Below the pieces are notes generated by a model that saw nothing but the letters and a program-made list of their open reading frames with translations, was not told where the DNA came from and searched no databases. 64,000 bases of DNA from Camelus dromedarius (Eukaryota). The position numbers and the translations under genes are program-made. Of this stretch, positions 1 to 11,179 are shown piece by piece; position 1 is the first letter of the stretch; each line of letters opens with the position of its first letter. The stretch is taken from the NCBI RefSeq assembly GCF_036321535.1, contig NC_087437.1:25732001-25796000 (forward strand). Direction: 5' to 3'.

Positions 1-266
1 AGAATAAACCTGGAAATACCACAAACATCCACCCACAGGTGACTGGATGAATATACCACAGTATACATACAGAGCAGTCAGAACTAATAAACTACACGGG
101 GACATGTTGCCTTATGGATGACCACTAATATTGTAGTATTAATGTGAAAAAGTCCCTCAAGAATAGGTTCAACATGAGACTCTTTCTGTAAAGTTAAAAA
201 TACATAAAATAAAATCTAAATAGGAATAAGTAGAATTACAAATAATTTACATAAAAAGGAAAGCAG
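1..266 (+). mobile_element. Old L1 (L1ME-like) 3' fragment; host of the L1MD insertion, resumes at ~5751-5950
   Basis: Degenerate match to the L1 ORF2 end / 3'UTR pattern (ctggaaataccacaaacatccacccacaggtgactggatgaat). Confidence 0.5.
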
Positions 267-361
267 CTTCCACTTCTAGGAAGATAGAATAGATGTATTT
301 TTTCCAAATCTTCCAACTAAATACAACTACAAATCCTGAGCATAATATATAAGACTAACAT

Positions 362-450
362 CATGCTGTATATCACATCCCCATGACATTTATTTTATAA
401 CTGGAAGTCTGTACCTTTTGACCTCTTCACTCATTTCACCCCCCTCCCCA
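362..450 (-). mobile_element. L1 3'UTR piece (L1MA9-like), inverted left arm of the composite insertion
   Basis: Reverse complement reads ...gaagaggtcaaaaggtacagacttccagttataaaataaatgtcatggggatgtgatatacagcatg, the L1 3'UTR segment directly upstream of the piece at 2511. Confidence 0.8.
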
Positions 451-451
451 A

Positions 452-1207
452 ATCCTGAATGTCTGGAATACTGGTGACCAGTGCTAATACGGCAGCAGCC
501 AGTGGCATCCACCTGCTCATCTCTCAAAGGTTGTCAGAATTTTCTCTTCACTACTCAATCATATCTACTTACACAAGCAGTTCAGGCAGTCAATAATGAA
601 GAAATTTCTTTTACCAGAGACAAAGAGATATTTCACAGTATAGTATGCGGGATGCAATTTCTTCAGCTCATCCTGCCCCTAAGCACATAAAGAAGCCAGA
701 CTATGTGATGACAGGCATTGTACCTGACTACAGAGACAGCATAGAAGAATGAAGATCAGATTCAAGGGCTTTGTCGGGGTCCTTGGCTGGACTGGTCATG
801 TCCTCCTCCTGGCTGGGAAGACTTTAAAGGTTGACATGACAACTGAAGACAGAGATGCTCTTTTCATCGAGCAATCATCAATCATGATGAGGTTTTCCAA
901 AATCTCTTTGCACCTCTGTAAACAAGGTGTTATGATATTCCTGGCAGTTGGCATCTTTAGGATTGGAGAGATATTATGAACTTTGATGTCACGGTCTATC
1001 ACAATGAGCACTGTGGAGATACCTCTGAAACATTTTTGGTGGGCAATGTAGATAAATGTGGTAAAAAGTTAGTGGAGGTTACCAAGAGGTGAAGAGATGA
1101 AACAACTGAAGCCTGCAGTGCATCCCCATCTCTTTAACTGGAAACATAATCAGCCACGGAACTCATCAGAGAGGTGTGCAAATGTGCCCACATTTTATGG
1201 ACATGGG
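452..1207 (+). pseudogene. METAP1D: Processed pseudogene (retrocopy) of mitochondrial methionine aminopeptidase METAP1D; includes some 5'UTR, truncated at the 3' end
   Basis: Manual translation across frameshifts gives (T)AAASGIHLLI..FSSLLNHIYLHKQ..RQRDIS..SSAHPAPKHIKKPDYVMTGIVPD..NEDQIQGL..HVLLLAGKTLKVDMTTE..GFPKSLCTSVN..FDVTVYHN..GDTSETFLVGNVDKCGKKLVEV..CPHF..GHG, colinear with METAP1D as I remember it. Start codon is ACG (489-491). In-frame stops (e.g. TAA TGA at ~594-599), frameshifts, a deletion of the AYPSPLGYG segment near 890, and no introns. Confidence 0.93.
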
Positions 1208-2507
1208 CAGCGACACCTTTCCTTTGCCTCTAATGCTGGACAGGGCCAGGCCCTCCGCACCCAGCTGCAGGACCGGGCCCACCGTGAGGGTGGCAGCCTA
1301 GAGCAGGGCGGCCGTGCATGTCGTGACCCGCAGGGCCCACGGCCCGGCCACCTCTCAACCCCATCGTTGAAATATGCTGAAGCAGATACGGTGTTACCAG
1401 AGGCCCACGAGGAGGGGTAAGGTCGGGAAGCCTGACAGACCCCGCAGTGGCCCCGAATCCATTTCGGCCACACACACCCATTTGAGGCCAGGGATCAACA
1501 GATCGTTACCTTACAGTGACAGGGCTTCTGCAGCCTAAGGGCCAGACACACTAGGAGGGCGGCCAGGAAGAGATTCATGTCTGAAATGCAGAGGAGCCCA
1601 AACTCAGTGACCGAGAAGGCCACCTCTGCAGGGCCACGGCCTCCTCAGGCTCTCAGTTCATACACAAATAGCTGGAGACGAAGGGCTTGCTCTCCGGGAG
1701 GGCCCCAGGCAGGGACAGGTCCACGGCTCGTTGCCATCCGGCACAGGCCTCCGGAGTGGCTGCGGCGGGAGTGGGCAGAGGGCCGGCTGGACCAGGGCAG
1801 GGGCAGAGCCCAGCGTGTCCGGCTGCTGGAACGGACAGGGGCGGGAACGCGAGGCCGTGTGGGCCGCCCCGGGCCCACGAGACCGCCGCCCGTGCGTCCC
1901 GGCTCGGCGGTTCTGTGCGCATGCGCAGCTGCGGGGCCAGCCGCGGCTCACGCCGTGTGCGGCAGGTACAGGGCGGCGAGGATCCCAGCGGCCGTGTCCA
2001 GTTTGTGGCCCTGGTTCCTGAAGGGCGGTACTTCCTCCAGCCTGCTATGTCTGCTGTTAGAGAAATAGCCCAAACGGTCCGACTTCTTCCACAGTGAGTA
2101 GGACTCCACACACGTGCCCACCGACCGCTGGTGACCTCGTTGGCCTGCGTCGGGTGGAAGCGCTTCCGGTGCACTGGGAGCCGCGCGCAGAGTTCCTGCG
2201 GCCCGCCTCACGCCGACCCCTGAACCCTTCTCAGAGCACCTTCGCATTCCACCGCAGACCCCGCAGGACTTCCTCCGCCTTGGAACTGCGTTTCACCAGC
2301 TCACACAGCGCCTGCTTGCTGCCTTTCACCGTTTCTCCCTCTGGGAGCTGAGTTCCGGGATCTCATGCCATCACCGCTTCGCTACCAGGTACAGTAACTC
2401 CTCCACTCCCCTCTTGGGGAGGATGTTGGGGTCCCAGAGCAGCTAGTCTTGATTCTGATAGATCTTCTCATCACGGCGGATCAAGTACAGGTGCTGGGGT
2501 CTGCTTG
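1208..2507 (-). pseudogene. MIER2: Processed pseudogene of MIER2 (ELM2-SANT corepressor), 5'-truncated: ELM2, SANT, C-terminus, stop at 1495-1497, then probable 3'UTR
   Basis: Minus strand translates as QAD..EKIYQNQD*LLWDPNILPKRGVEELLY..KR*WHE..QLPEGETVKGSKQALCELVK..EEVLRGLRWNAKVL*..HRKRFH..QAN..RSVGTCVESYSLWKKSDR..RKYRPSGT..RMRTEP..VAFSVTEFGLLCISDMNLFLAA..HCKVTIC*, colinear with MIER2 as I remember it (LLWDPSVLPEREVEEFLY..QLPEGEAVKDSEQALYELVK..RSVGECVEYYYLWKKSER..SVTEFGLIGIGDVNPFLAA..HCNVMTC). Stops and frameshifts, no introns. Assignment of 1208-1494 as 3'UTR is inferred from position. Confidence 0.92.
1720..2290. promoter_or_regulatory. CpG island inside the MIER2 retrocopy; candidate promoter
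   Basis: About 58 CpG counted by hand in 1721-2280, very GC-rich. Perfect NRF1 palindrome TGCGCATGCGCA (1916-1927), GC box GGGGCGGGA (1838-1846), E-box CACGTG (2111-2116), ETS/GABP-type ACCGGAAGCG on the minus strand (2161-2170) within palindrome GGAAGCGCTTCC (2156-2167). Promoter activity is not demonstrated. Confidence 0.6.
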
Positions 2508-2510
2508 TAC

Positions 2511-2765
2511 AACATGATGTATATAGCATGGTGAATATAGTTAATAATACTGTGTTGCCTATTTGAAAGTTGCTAAGAGGGTAAATCTTAAAATCCTCAA
2601 CGCAAGAAAAATATTTTCTGTGTATGGCAGTGCATGATAACTAGATGTATTGTGGTGATAGGTTCACAATATATCCAAATATAAAATCATTATGTTGTAC
2701 ACCTGAAACTAATACATTATGTGTCAATTATATCTAAATTTGAAACAATACATACATGCATACAT
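2511..2765 (+). mobile_element. L1 3' terminal piece (L1MA9-like) with decayed tail, right arm of the composite insertion
   Basis: atagcatggtgaatatagttaataatactgtg..gaaagttgctaagag..gttgtacacctgaaactaatac..tcaattatatct, followed by a (TACA)-like tail. Confidence 0.85.
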
Positions 2766-5700
2766 ATAAACTTAAGAAGACCCAAAAGGTGCAGAGAAGA
2801 AGCCATGCCATCTAGGGATGTTGGGCTCAAGGAAGAAAATGCTGGTGAGTTCCCTGGGTTGTTTTTTTTGTTTGTTTTTTGTTTTTCTGATTTCTATGTA
2901 CCAGACTTAAAGCTGGAGAAGCCAGCAACACAGAAACACCAGTGGACACGGAGTGAAAAAGCTCCAACAAAAGCCTACACTTCCTAGCCAAGAAACCAAG
3001 AAAGGGGCAGTTTAGCAAGACAGAAAACTTGTAGGCAATAACTGTGCTATTCCAGCTAAACACTACAGAAAAACTGTGGTCCAACCCATGCCAGCAAAGA
3101 CTGGGGGGTGGGGGGTCTAGACTTCCACCCCCTCACACTCCCACACCTTTACACCTCCTGCCCTTCACCGCACCACACCCCACACCCAGCTCTGCCCCAT
3201 CATATTGTAACAAGGAACTCCAAACTGCCCACAGGGATGGTGTCAAAGTCGGCAAAGTAGGAAGGCAATACTTTCATCTCCAACCTAAGGTAATGAAGTC
3301 GCCCAGTGGGTTCAGTGGAGACAACATAGGGGACTTGGATTTCCCTTCTAGCCAGGCAGTAATAGAATGTGCCTTCCTCTCTTCACTGTGGTGATATGAG
3401 AGGAAGCCTTGGGGAGGTTCAGGATGTTCTCCACCACCCAGCAGTAAGGAAGCTACTCCTGCCACCGTGGTGTCAGTGCAGGCCACATGAGGAGCAGTAA
3501 TGAGGTATTCATGCCCCTCTCTGCCAGGCAAGTATCGGTGGAGGCCTAGTGAGGAGGCAGAACTCCAATTCTACCCAGCAGCAACTAGGAACCCCACCCT
3601 TGGGTGTCAGCAAAGGCCAAGTAAGAACCCTGGACTTCTACCTACCTGGCAGTAATGAGATGGCGTCTTCACTTACCCTGTCAGAGAGGTGTCAGAGGAA
3701 GCCAAATAAAACAGAAAGTTTAAGTAAGATCCAGAATCTCATAATGTGATACCCAGAATGTCCAGGTTTGATTTGAAAATCACTCATCATACCAAAACCC
3801 AAGAAGATCTAAACCTGAATGAGAAAGACAACAGTTGGAAAGACAGAGATGAAAGAAATGTATTATCTGATAAAGATTGTAAAACAGCCATGATAAAAAC
3901 TGCTTCAGTGAGTGATCAGAAGCACACTTGAAACAATGAAAAAATAGGAAGTATCAGCAAAGAAACAGAAGATAAAAAGAGGAACTAATGGAAATTTTAG
4001 AATTCAGAAAAAAATGTTTAATCTCAATGAATGGGATCCACAGCAGAATAGACAGACAAGTATAAAATAGAATAAAGTAAAAATAAATTACATAACCTAA
4101 ATGGTGGGGAAAAAATTGACTGAAAAATGAACAGAACATTAGTTTCGAATTCTATAAAATCTCTTCTAACAAAAGGCACAGAATAGAAGAGGGGCAGATA
4201 CTTCCCAATTTATTTACAAAGCCAATATTACCCTGATACCAAAGCCAAAGATAGTATGAAGAAAATATCTATAGGCCAATATCTCTCACAAATATAGATG
4301 CAAAAATTCTTAATAAAATATTAGCAAGTAGAATTCAACAGTATGTAAAAAGATATATACCATAGCCAAGTGGCATTTAACAAACTCCCAAATGAAAAAC
4401 CCCAGGATTATATCCATAGATGCAGAAAAAAAATTTTGGCAAAATTTAATACTCATTTATTACAAAAACTCTTAGAAAAATAGGAATACAGAGGGGACCT
4501 TAGAACGTCTATAAAACAAAGCAAAACCAAAAAAACTGACAGCTAATACACCAATGGTGAAGGATTGATACTTTTCTCTTAACAATTAGGAACAGCACAA
4601 GGGTATCTGTTCTCAGATACTTATACCAGATAGTACTGAAAGGTCTAACCAGTGCAAAAATGCAAGAAAATGAAATAAAAGCATACAGATCAGAAAGGAA
4701 GATATTAAAAAGTGTCCCTATTGCAGAGGATATAATTGTCTACATAGAATATCCCTAGGGATTAAAAAGACAAACAAACTCCTAGAACTAATAAGTGAAT
4801 TCAAGATACAAGATAAACATAGAAATATCAATTCTATTTCTGTTTACTTAATAAACACATGTGGACACTGAAATTAAAAATATATTATTAAAATTGCACA
4901 AAAAAAATTACATGTAAATCTAACAAAATCTTTATGAGACTTGTATGCTGAAAACTACAAAACTCTAATGAAATAAATCAAAGAAGTTCTAAATAAGAGG
5001 TGAGGCTCACCAGGTTCATGGACTGGAGGATTCAGCATTCTCCTCACACTGATACACAGGTTTAAAGCAATTTCCATCAAATCCCTGGAAGACTTTTTGT
5101 AGATGTAAACAAGTTACTATCTACAAAAAATAAAGATACAAAATAAAGATATAAACTATATACACACACACACACACCAAAAAAAGTGTTTACGTGGATA
5201 TTCATAGCAGCTTTATTTGTATAGCTCAAAGTGAAAACAGTCCAGCTGTTATTCAGCGGATAAATACCTAAACAAACTGCAGTACATCCATACCACGGAA
5301 TAGTACTGGTAAACAAAAAGGGAATGGACTATTGGTATAAGCAACAATCTGAATGAACCTCCAAAGAATTACACTGATTTCAAAAAACCCAAATCCCAAA
5401 AGGAAGTGGTTCCATTTATCTAACATTCTTAAAATGACAAAATTATGGAAATAGGGAACAATCTAGTGGTTGCCAGGGACTAAGGCGGGATTGAGGGCCG
5501 GAAAGAAGTTAGATATGACTATAAAAGGGTATAGTCACAATATAACTGATCCTTGTGATGGTGGAAATGTTCTATATTTTGACTGCATCGATGTTAGTAT
5601 CCTGGTTATGATATTGTAGTAAATTTTTCAAGATGTTGCCATTGGGAGAATCTGGGTAAAGGGCACACAGGATTGCTCTATCTTATTTCTTACAACTGTG

Positions 5701-5992
5701 TTTGAATCTAGAATTATCTCAAGATAAAGGGTTAATTTAAAAAAAAAAAAAGGAAAACAATAGAATGATCAATGCAGTTTCAGGATGATAGTTATCTTGT
5801 GTAGAGAGTCAGGGGATGTAGGAAAGAAGACCACATAGTTGCTTGCAGGATATTGTCAAGGTCCTTGCTCTTCTTTTGGGCAGTGAGTTTGGAGGTGCTT
5901 ATCACATGATCAATAATAACTAAGTAAAAAATTAAAAGCAAAAGTTAAAAAAAAATGATGGTTTTAAGTTCTGCCTTATATTCTTAATAAAA

Positions 5993-6391
5993 TGTGATAG
6001 CTAGACCATGCTATCCTCCAAACTGTTTTCCTCTCAGGCACAGAGAAAGGTTACATTCCCTGGACCCCCTTGCATCTAGGTGGAACTGTGTGACTGAATT
6101 CTGACTGGTGGTATTGGCTCAAGGTGCAGTACACCGCTTTCAGAACTGGCCATTAAACATCCTTCATAATCTGCCACCATCTTTTTCCCTCCATCCCTAT
6201 TGCTAAGAAGATGGAAGAACCTAGATAAATGAGTACACTGCTAGGAGGAAAACCACCCGGAAAGCCGCCTGACCAAGAATATCTGCATTGACAATACAGG
6301 AGCTAGAAAGAAACCTTCATTGAATTAAGCCACTGAGATTTGGATGTTTGTTTATTACTACAGCATAGCCTACTCTACTCAGACTAATACA
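5993..6391 (+). mobile_element. MaLR solo LTR (MLT1H/I/J-like)
   Basis: TG..CA termini; typical 3' end gccactgagatttggatgtttgtttattactacagcatagcc..gactaataca. Confidence 0.75.
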
Positions 6392-6729
6392 GATACTTAA
6401 AAAGACCCCCAGAAAATGATGGCAACTCACAGCAGTGAAAACTAGAAGTGGCAATTAATTGCCAAAATCTGGAAGAAATGGCCACTATCTGTAAAGCCCT
6501 TAGAATTGGACTTTGAAATAGAATTGGTGACCCATGAATGTGTTGGCACTGGGTTGCAGAAAACCTGATGGCTGAAAAGAAGGTAGAAAGATGCTCTGCC
6601 CCTCCCCACTGTCTGCCCTGGCTCCGAAATGCAAAGACACTGCCAATCAAAAAGTGGAGCAGCCACTGTCATCCCACAGTGCCGTTCTCTCCTCTCTCAC
6701 TTCTATCCCATCCGCACCAGGCTTAAGTA

Positions 6730-7450
6730 AAAGAACATTATAGTTACATAAGAAAGTCTCTTTGTAACCTTCCCAAATCCTTCATCCTTCCTTGTTCCCC
6801 TGCTCTGAATATGGTGTTGCTCTGTTGTATTCTCTTGTTTCTCTCCATGTTTTTATCCTTTCACTACAAGTGTACTTGTCACAAAGTAAAAATAATAGTG
6901 TGGGGTGTTCTAAAGGATTTACCTAAATACTAGCCTATTCTATGACTCTGCAACTTATTTTTTTCATTTAACACTGTTTTCTATAATTATTCACATTGAT
7001 GCTCAAACAATAGTTTATTCATTTTAACTGCTCTGTATATTCAATACATCACAATTTTTATTCTCTCTTCTGTTAATATGTTGCACATATATTTTGATTG
7101 TTTCAAGTAATACTCCAAAGAGCATTGTTGTATGTCTAATTATGTATATTTGTAAGCATTCTCTAAGACATATATCTAAGTGTAAAGGGATGTTCAATTA
7201 TTATAGCTATAGTCAAATTGCTCTCGAGTGGTATATCAATTTATATTGCCACCAGCAGTGTGTGAGTATCTACTTCCCCTCATTTTCAATAATACTTAGT
7301 AGTTTCAGAATTTTGATGAGTATGAAATGCTCATTTTGAATAATCTCATTTTTCTATTTTCAGTTTCCTGTTTGGCAGTTATAGCTGGGCTATTTTATTG
7401 CTGGCATATTCTCCAAGTATTTCTCCTTTCAAAGAAAATTGTTTGGAAAA
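6730..7450 (-). mobile_element. Degraded old L1 (L1ME-like) 3' region
   Basis: Antisense L1 motifs such as caatttatattgccaccagcagtgtgtgagtatc. Confidence 0.6.
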
Positions 7451-8224
7451 AATGTATTGAGTGACTCCCTGCTTTTTCTGCCAATTGTCTAATTGACTAT
7501 AACTAGGCTCTGTCGGTTCTATGCATAAGTGTGCCAGATTTTCAGACCAGCCATTAAAAAACTGGACCAACCGTGTGTGTGGTGGTGGAGGGAGATGAGT
7601 GATACTAACTTTTCCTGTTTCCCAAGGATGTGAAGGCTTTTTTTTCCCCACTGTCCTGCCATTTGTCAGTAGTAAGCAGACAAACCTTGTGTATTTACAG
7701 ATAACTGCTCAAGCTATGGGCTTTCTGCCTTCTTGGCTCTTTGCCCCACTGAATAACGTCCCATCAACAGAATTTTTTCAACCACCACCTTGAATTTTGT
7801 GTGAATCCTCACCGATTTACTTTGGACTGTTTTTTTTTTTTTCCCTGTCACTCTCTAATGTTTAAGATTTTTGTTTTTGTTTTTTAAATATTTCTTCATA
7901 ATCATTTTTATTCTTCTGAGGTTTTTCTTCTTCCATTTTATCTTTATTGTTTCCAGTTCCTTTTCTTAATCCTTAATCCCCTCTACTTTAATGTTCTAAG
8001 CTTTTATACCATGGGGCTTAGTCTTTTATGTTCATTTCTTCTTTTACTATTATATTTTTAATCTTTCTTTATATCTTTATTTTAAATCACCACTTTATCC
8101 ATAATTTTAGCTCCCAACCTTTTGCCTTTGAGATTCAATTGTCATATTTAGATTCTATTTTTCCTTTTAATTTCTTCCTGCATCTCAAGTTTTTCTCATA
8201 ATCTCCTTATAATACTTTACAGTA

Positions 8225-8840
8225 ACAGATAGGAATCCTTCTATTACTTGTGACAGAAGCCCTCACTCAAAATGGCTGAAACAAAATCAAGGTTTGGATA
8301 AAGAGTGGAATATATTAATTTACATTACTGAAAAGATCAATCTGCAGTCTTGGCTTCAGGTATAACTAAGTTAGAAATTTCAAAAGCTTTCATCAGGACC
8401 CTGTTCTCTCCATGCCTGCACTGTGTTGCTACATTCCAGACAGACTTCACCACTGCTCCCCACAAAGGGGCAAGATGTCTAAAACAGTTTCAGCCTATGA
8501 CCTCCTTCCTTATTCAAATCCCTCAGAAGAGAGAGAGCTGCTCTGCTCATCAGTCAGCCCTACCCAGGTTCAGGGCTTCACCCTGACTGGCTCCACTTGA
8601 GAGCCCCAAGCCTTTTCCTGAAGTCCGAGGCAATCACAGTGACCCAGTGGAGTTTATTAACTGACTTAGACCTGCATCAGGCGCCCACTCCTGGAGCTGA
8701 AGGGGACTCATCCCCAGTCAAAGCACCTTCATTGACAGTAGAAGAAGCTCCTCAGAAGGAAATTGGGAATACATTACCCATAAATAAGGAAAAAATGGTG
8801 AATAGAAAAAAGATAACCAATATCTAGTATGTCTACCCTC
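8225..8840 (-). mobile_element. Old MaLR LTR (MLT1K/L-like)
   Basis: ttgtgacagaagccctcactcaaaatggctgaaacaaaa..ttactgaaaag..ggcttcagg pattern of an antisense MLT1K-type LTR. Confidence 0.6.
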
Positions 8841-11179
8841 CACTATTTTATATTGTTTTTAAAATGCTCAACACAACCCTTGACCTCTGAACATCAAGTG
8901 AGCCTACACCTCACCAGGGCAGGCTGGAGACCCTGTTTCCTCCCTCTTTGCTGGCAACCTCTTCTCCAGCTCCCCACAGTTGACAAGCTCTAGCCTTTCT
9001 GCAGATGATTCTCCAAAAACAAATACTTTTCAGAGCTATGAGTCTCACCAAAAAGGCTGAAATGTTAAGTCTGGGGAAACAGTAGCTTCCTGACATCTCA
9101 CCCAATCCAGGCTTTAAATAAACAAACAAAAAAATCTCCCATTTGAAAATCCAACGGAAATAGTGTGTACATGAGCCAAGCAGGGATGATATATGAGTCC
9201 TTCCTTAGGGAGACACTCCCTATGCAACATAACTGGCCTGACCCCATCAGATGCAATGGCTTGAACGAGTAACAAGCATCAAGATAGGCCAACAGCTGCA
9301 TTTAAAAAAAAAAAAATCCAATAGACTCCTTGGAGTGTGCTCCTCAATGGCAAAGACTCTTAAAACAAGGCAGAGACCCACATTCCTGACTGTTTATATT
9401 ACTACTGTATAGTTTTCCCCTTTCACCTCTTTGAATATCAGGGAAAACAACTGTGGCAGGCATTAGCGTGGACTAACTACATTTATTGCGTCTGGTCTGA
9501 TGCCCAGTTTTGCACTTCATTTCATCAGAACTCCTTCAGTCCAGGCTTAGTTCAGTCTCAGGAAGATGATGAGGTTATCATCCCACTCTTAAGCCACTGT
9601 CTGTACATTGTGTATGATTTCACAATCGTGTGATCTCACAGTTTTTATTTACTCGACACACCAAGACTAGAATTAATCATACAAGGGGAAATGAACAATA
9701 TATGCATAAACTTAACACGTGTTAACATAAAGAGAGACCCCTCTCTGTTTCCTTCCTATTTTGCTGGAATGTTTTCCTGGTATTTTGGCAGTGATTTCTA
9801 TCGCTTGAACATATGTGTGCAGAATTACATCAAATGTCACCGGCCAAATCATTGTGCATTGCCTCTTGACTTAATGCCTTCCACAATTATATAAATCCCA
9901 AACCCCAAGCTTCAGCAGTGAGCCAAAAACATGCCACATCTACATGACAAAAAAGAGCTTAACCTTGAAATGCATCACACCAAATGGAACCCCATTCCTT
10001 GCCAAACTCTTTACAGGCATCTGTCACAACATTTATCTCCCTTCAAGCAACAGCATCAGTGGATCACATTGTTTTCTGCCACTGGAGCTCTGGTCCAAGT
10101 CTCTCTTACTCCATCTTCTACAGGTCACTCTCCAAATGCATAGAAAAGGTTTTCTCCTCACACCCAGCAAACCTCACCTTCTTTCCATTACAGTTTCTCT
10201 GGTTTAGCTTCCAATAATTATTTTTTCCCACTGGTGAGAAACTCCTTTAACACATATGGAATTAACTTATATCTTTGGGGGCAATTTCTTAACTCAGTCT
10301 TTGCTCTGTTAGTATCATACTGTCCTAATTACTTTAGTTTTAAATTGTTTGAGTTTTTTTAAGTAATACATGCACATGATTTTTTTTTTAAGTTCAAAAA
10401 TGTATCTAGCGAACAATACTTTTTCTTCTCACACCAAATCCCATCCCAGATTCTCCTTTCCCAGAGATAACTACTAAAACCAGTTTGTTGTGTTTTCCAA
10501 GACATGCTCCTTTGTTTATATAAAGAGATATCCAGTTTATTGAGAAATATCAACTTGGTATTTAAATTGAGATAGCTTTATTTTTTTTCAAGGACTACAT
10601 TCAACTGAGCTCTGAAGAATCTCCTTTCTCCTCCCATACAATGGCTTAGGCATGTCCTTAACTTTCTTCCCATTTTCAGTTAAACTTCATTTTAATTTGT
10701 TTAAAATCCCCACCTCATAGTCAATTTAAATCTCATCTCCTCTCTTCTCCCAGTGAAGACTTGGCATTGCCTCAGAGGACTTGGAGTTGGGAAGAACTTC
10801 TTTCATTGAATGGAGGAAGCAGAAAAGAGTCTGGTTGCTTTTCCCGATCAGGCATTCTAGATGAAGGTGGGGCGGGGGTGGGAAAGGGGGGTGGGTAGTG
10901 CGGAGGATAGTGCAGGGGAAGGGATTAGGAAGAATAAGAGAAGCAGACTCTTATATTACTGGCAACTTCTGGGTGTTTGGGAGGGTCCTCTAGTCTTTCT
11001 CTGGCTCAATTTAGTTCCACCTGCTACTGGTAGCCTTTGCTGATGGGGAGGTCTCCCCATGGGTGCGATAATTTTCTTGAAATGGTACTCAGCTTCCCCG
11101 TGTCTTCCTCTATTGTTGAGAGCCACCTCAGAGAGTGGTAGCTCTGTCTCCCTTCAGCCCCCATAAAAAATTAAGTCCC

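Larger units (their letters stand above)
267..5750 (+). mobile_element. L1MD-like LINE-1 with 5' end, internally deleted ORF1/ORF2 remnants, 3'UTR and poly(A); interrupted at ~362-2765
   Basis: 5' end cttccacttctaggaagatagaatagatg; 5'UTR resumes at ~2766 (aagaagacccaaaaggtgcagagaagaag); ORF2 remnants ~4170-5120; L1MD-type 3'UTR ~5180-5740 ending in an A-run; approximate TSD aaaaaggaaagca / aaaaaggaaaaca. Confidence 0.75.

Noticed and set aside
749..979. 76-aa ORF containing HVLLLAGKTLKVDMTTE as a functional MetAP fragment
   Set aside because: Only a short in-frame stretch of the frameshifted METAP1D retrocopy; it lacks the metal-binding core.
1577..2351. Overlapping long ORFs (up to 173 aa) on both strands as a real gene
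   Set aside because: They result from high GC content and from shifted frames of the MIER2 pseudogene; the MIER2 frame itself has stops and frameshifts.
9712..9725. Perfect 14-bp palindrome TTAACACGTGTTAA
   Set aside because: A few palindromes of this length are expected by chance in 64 kb (about 64000/4^7).
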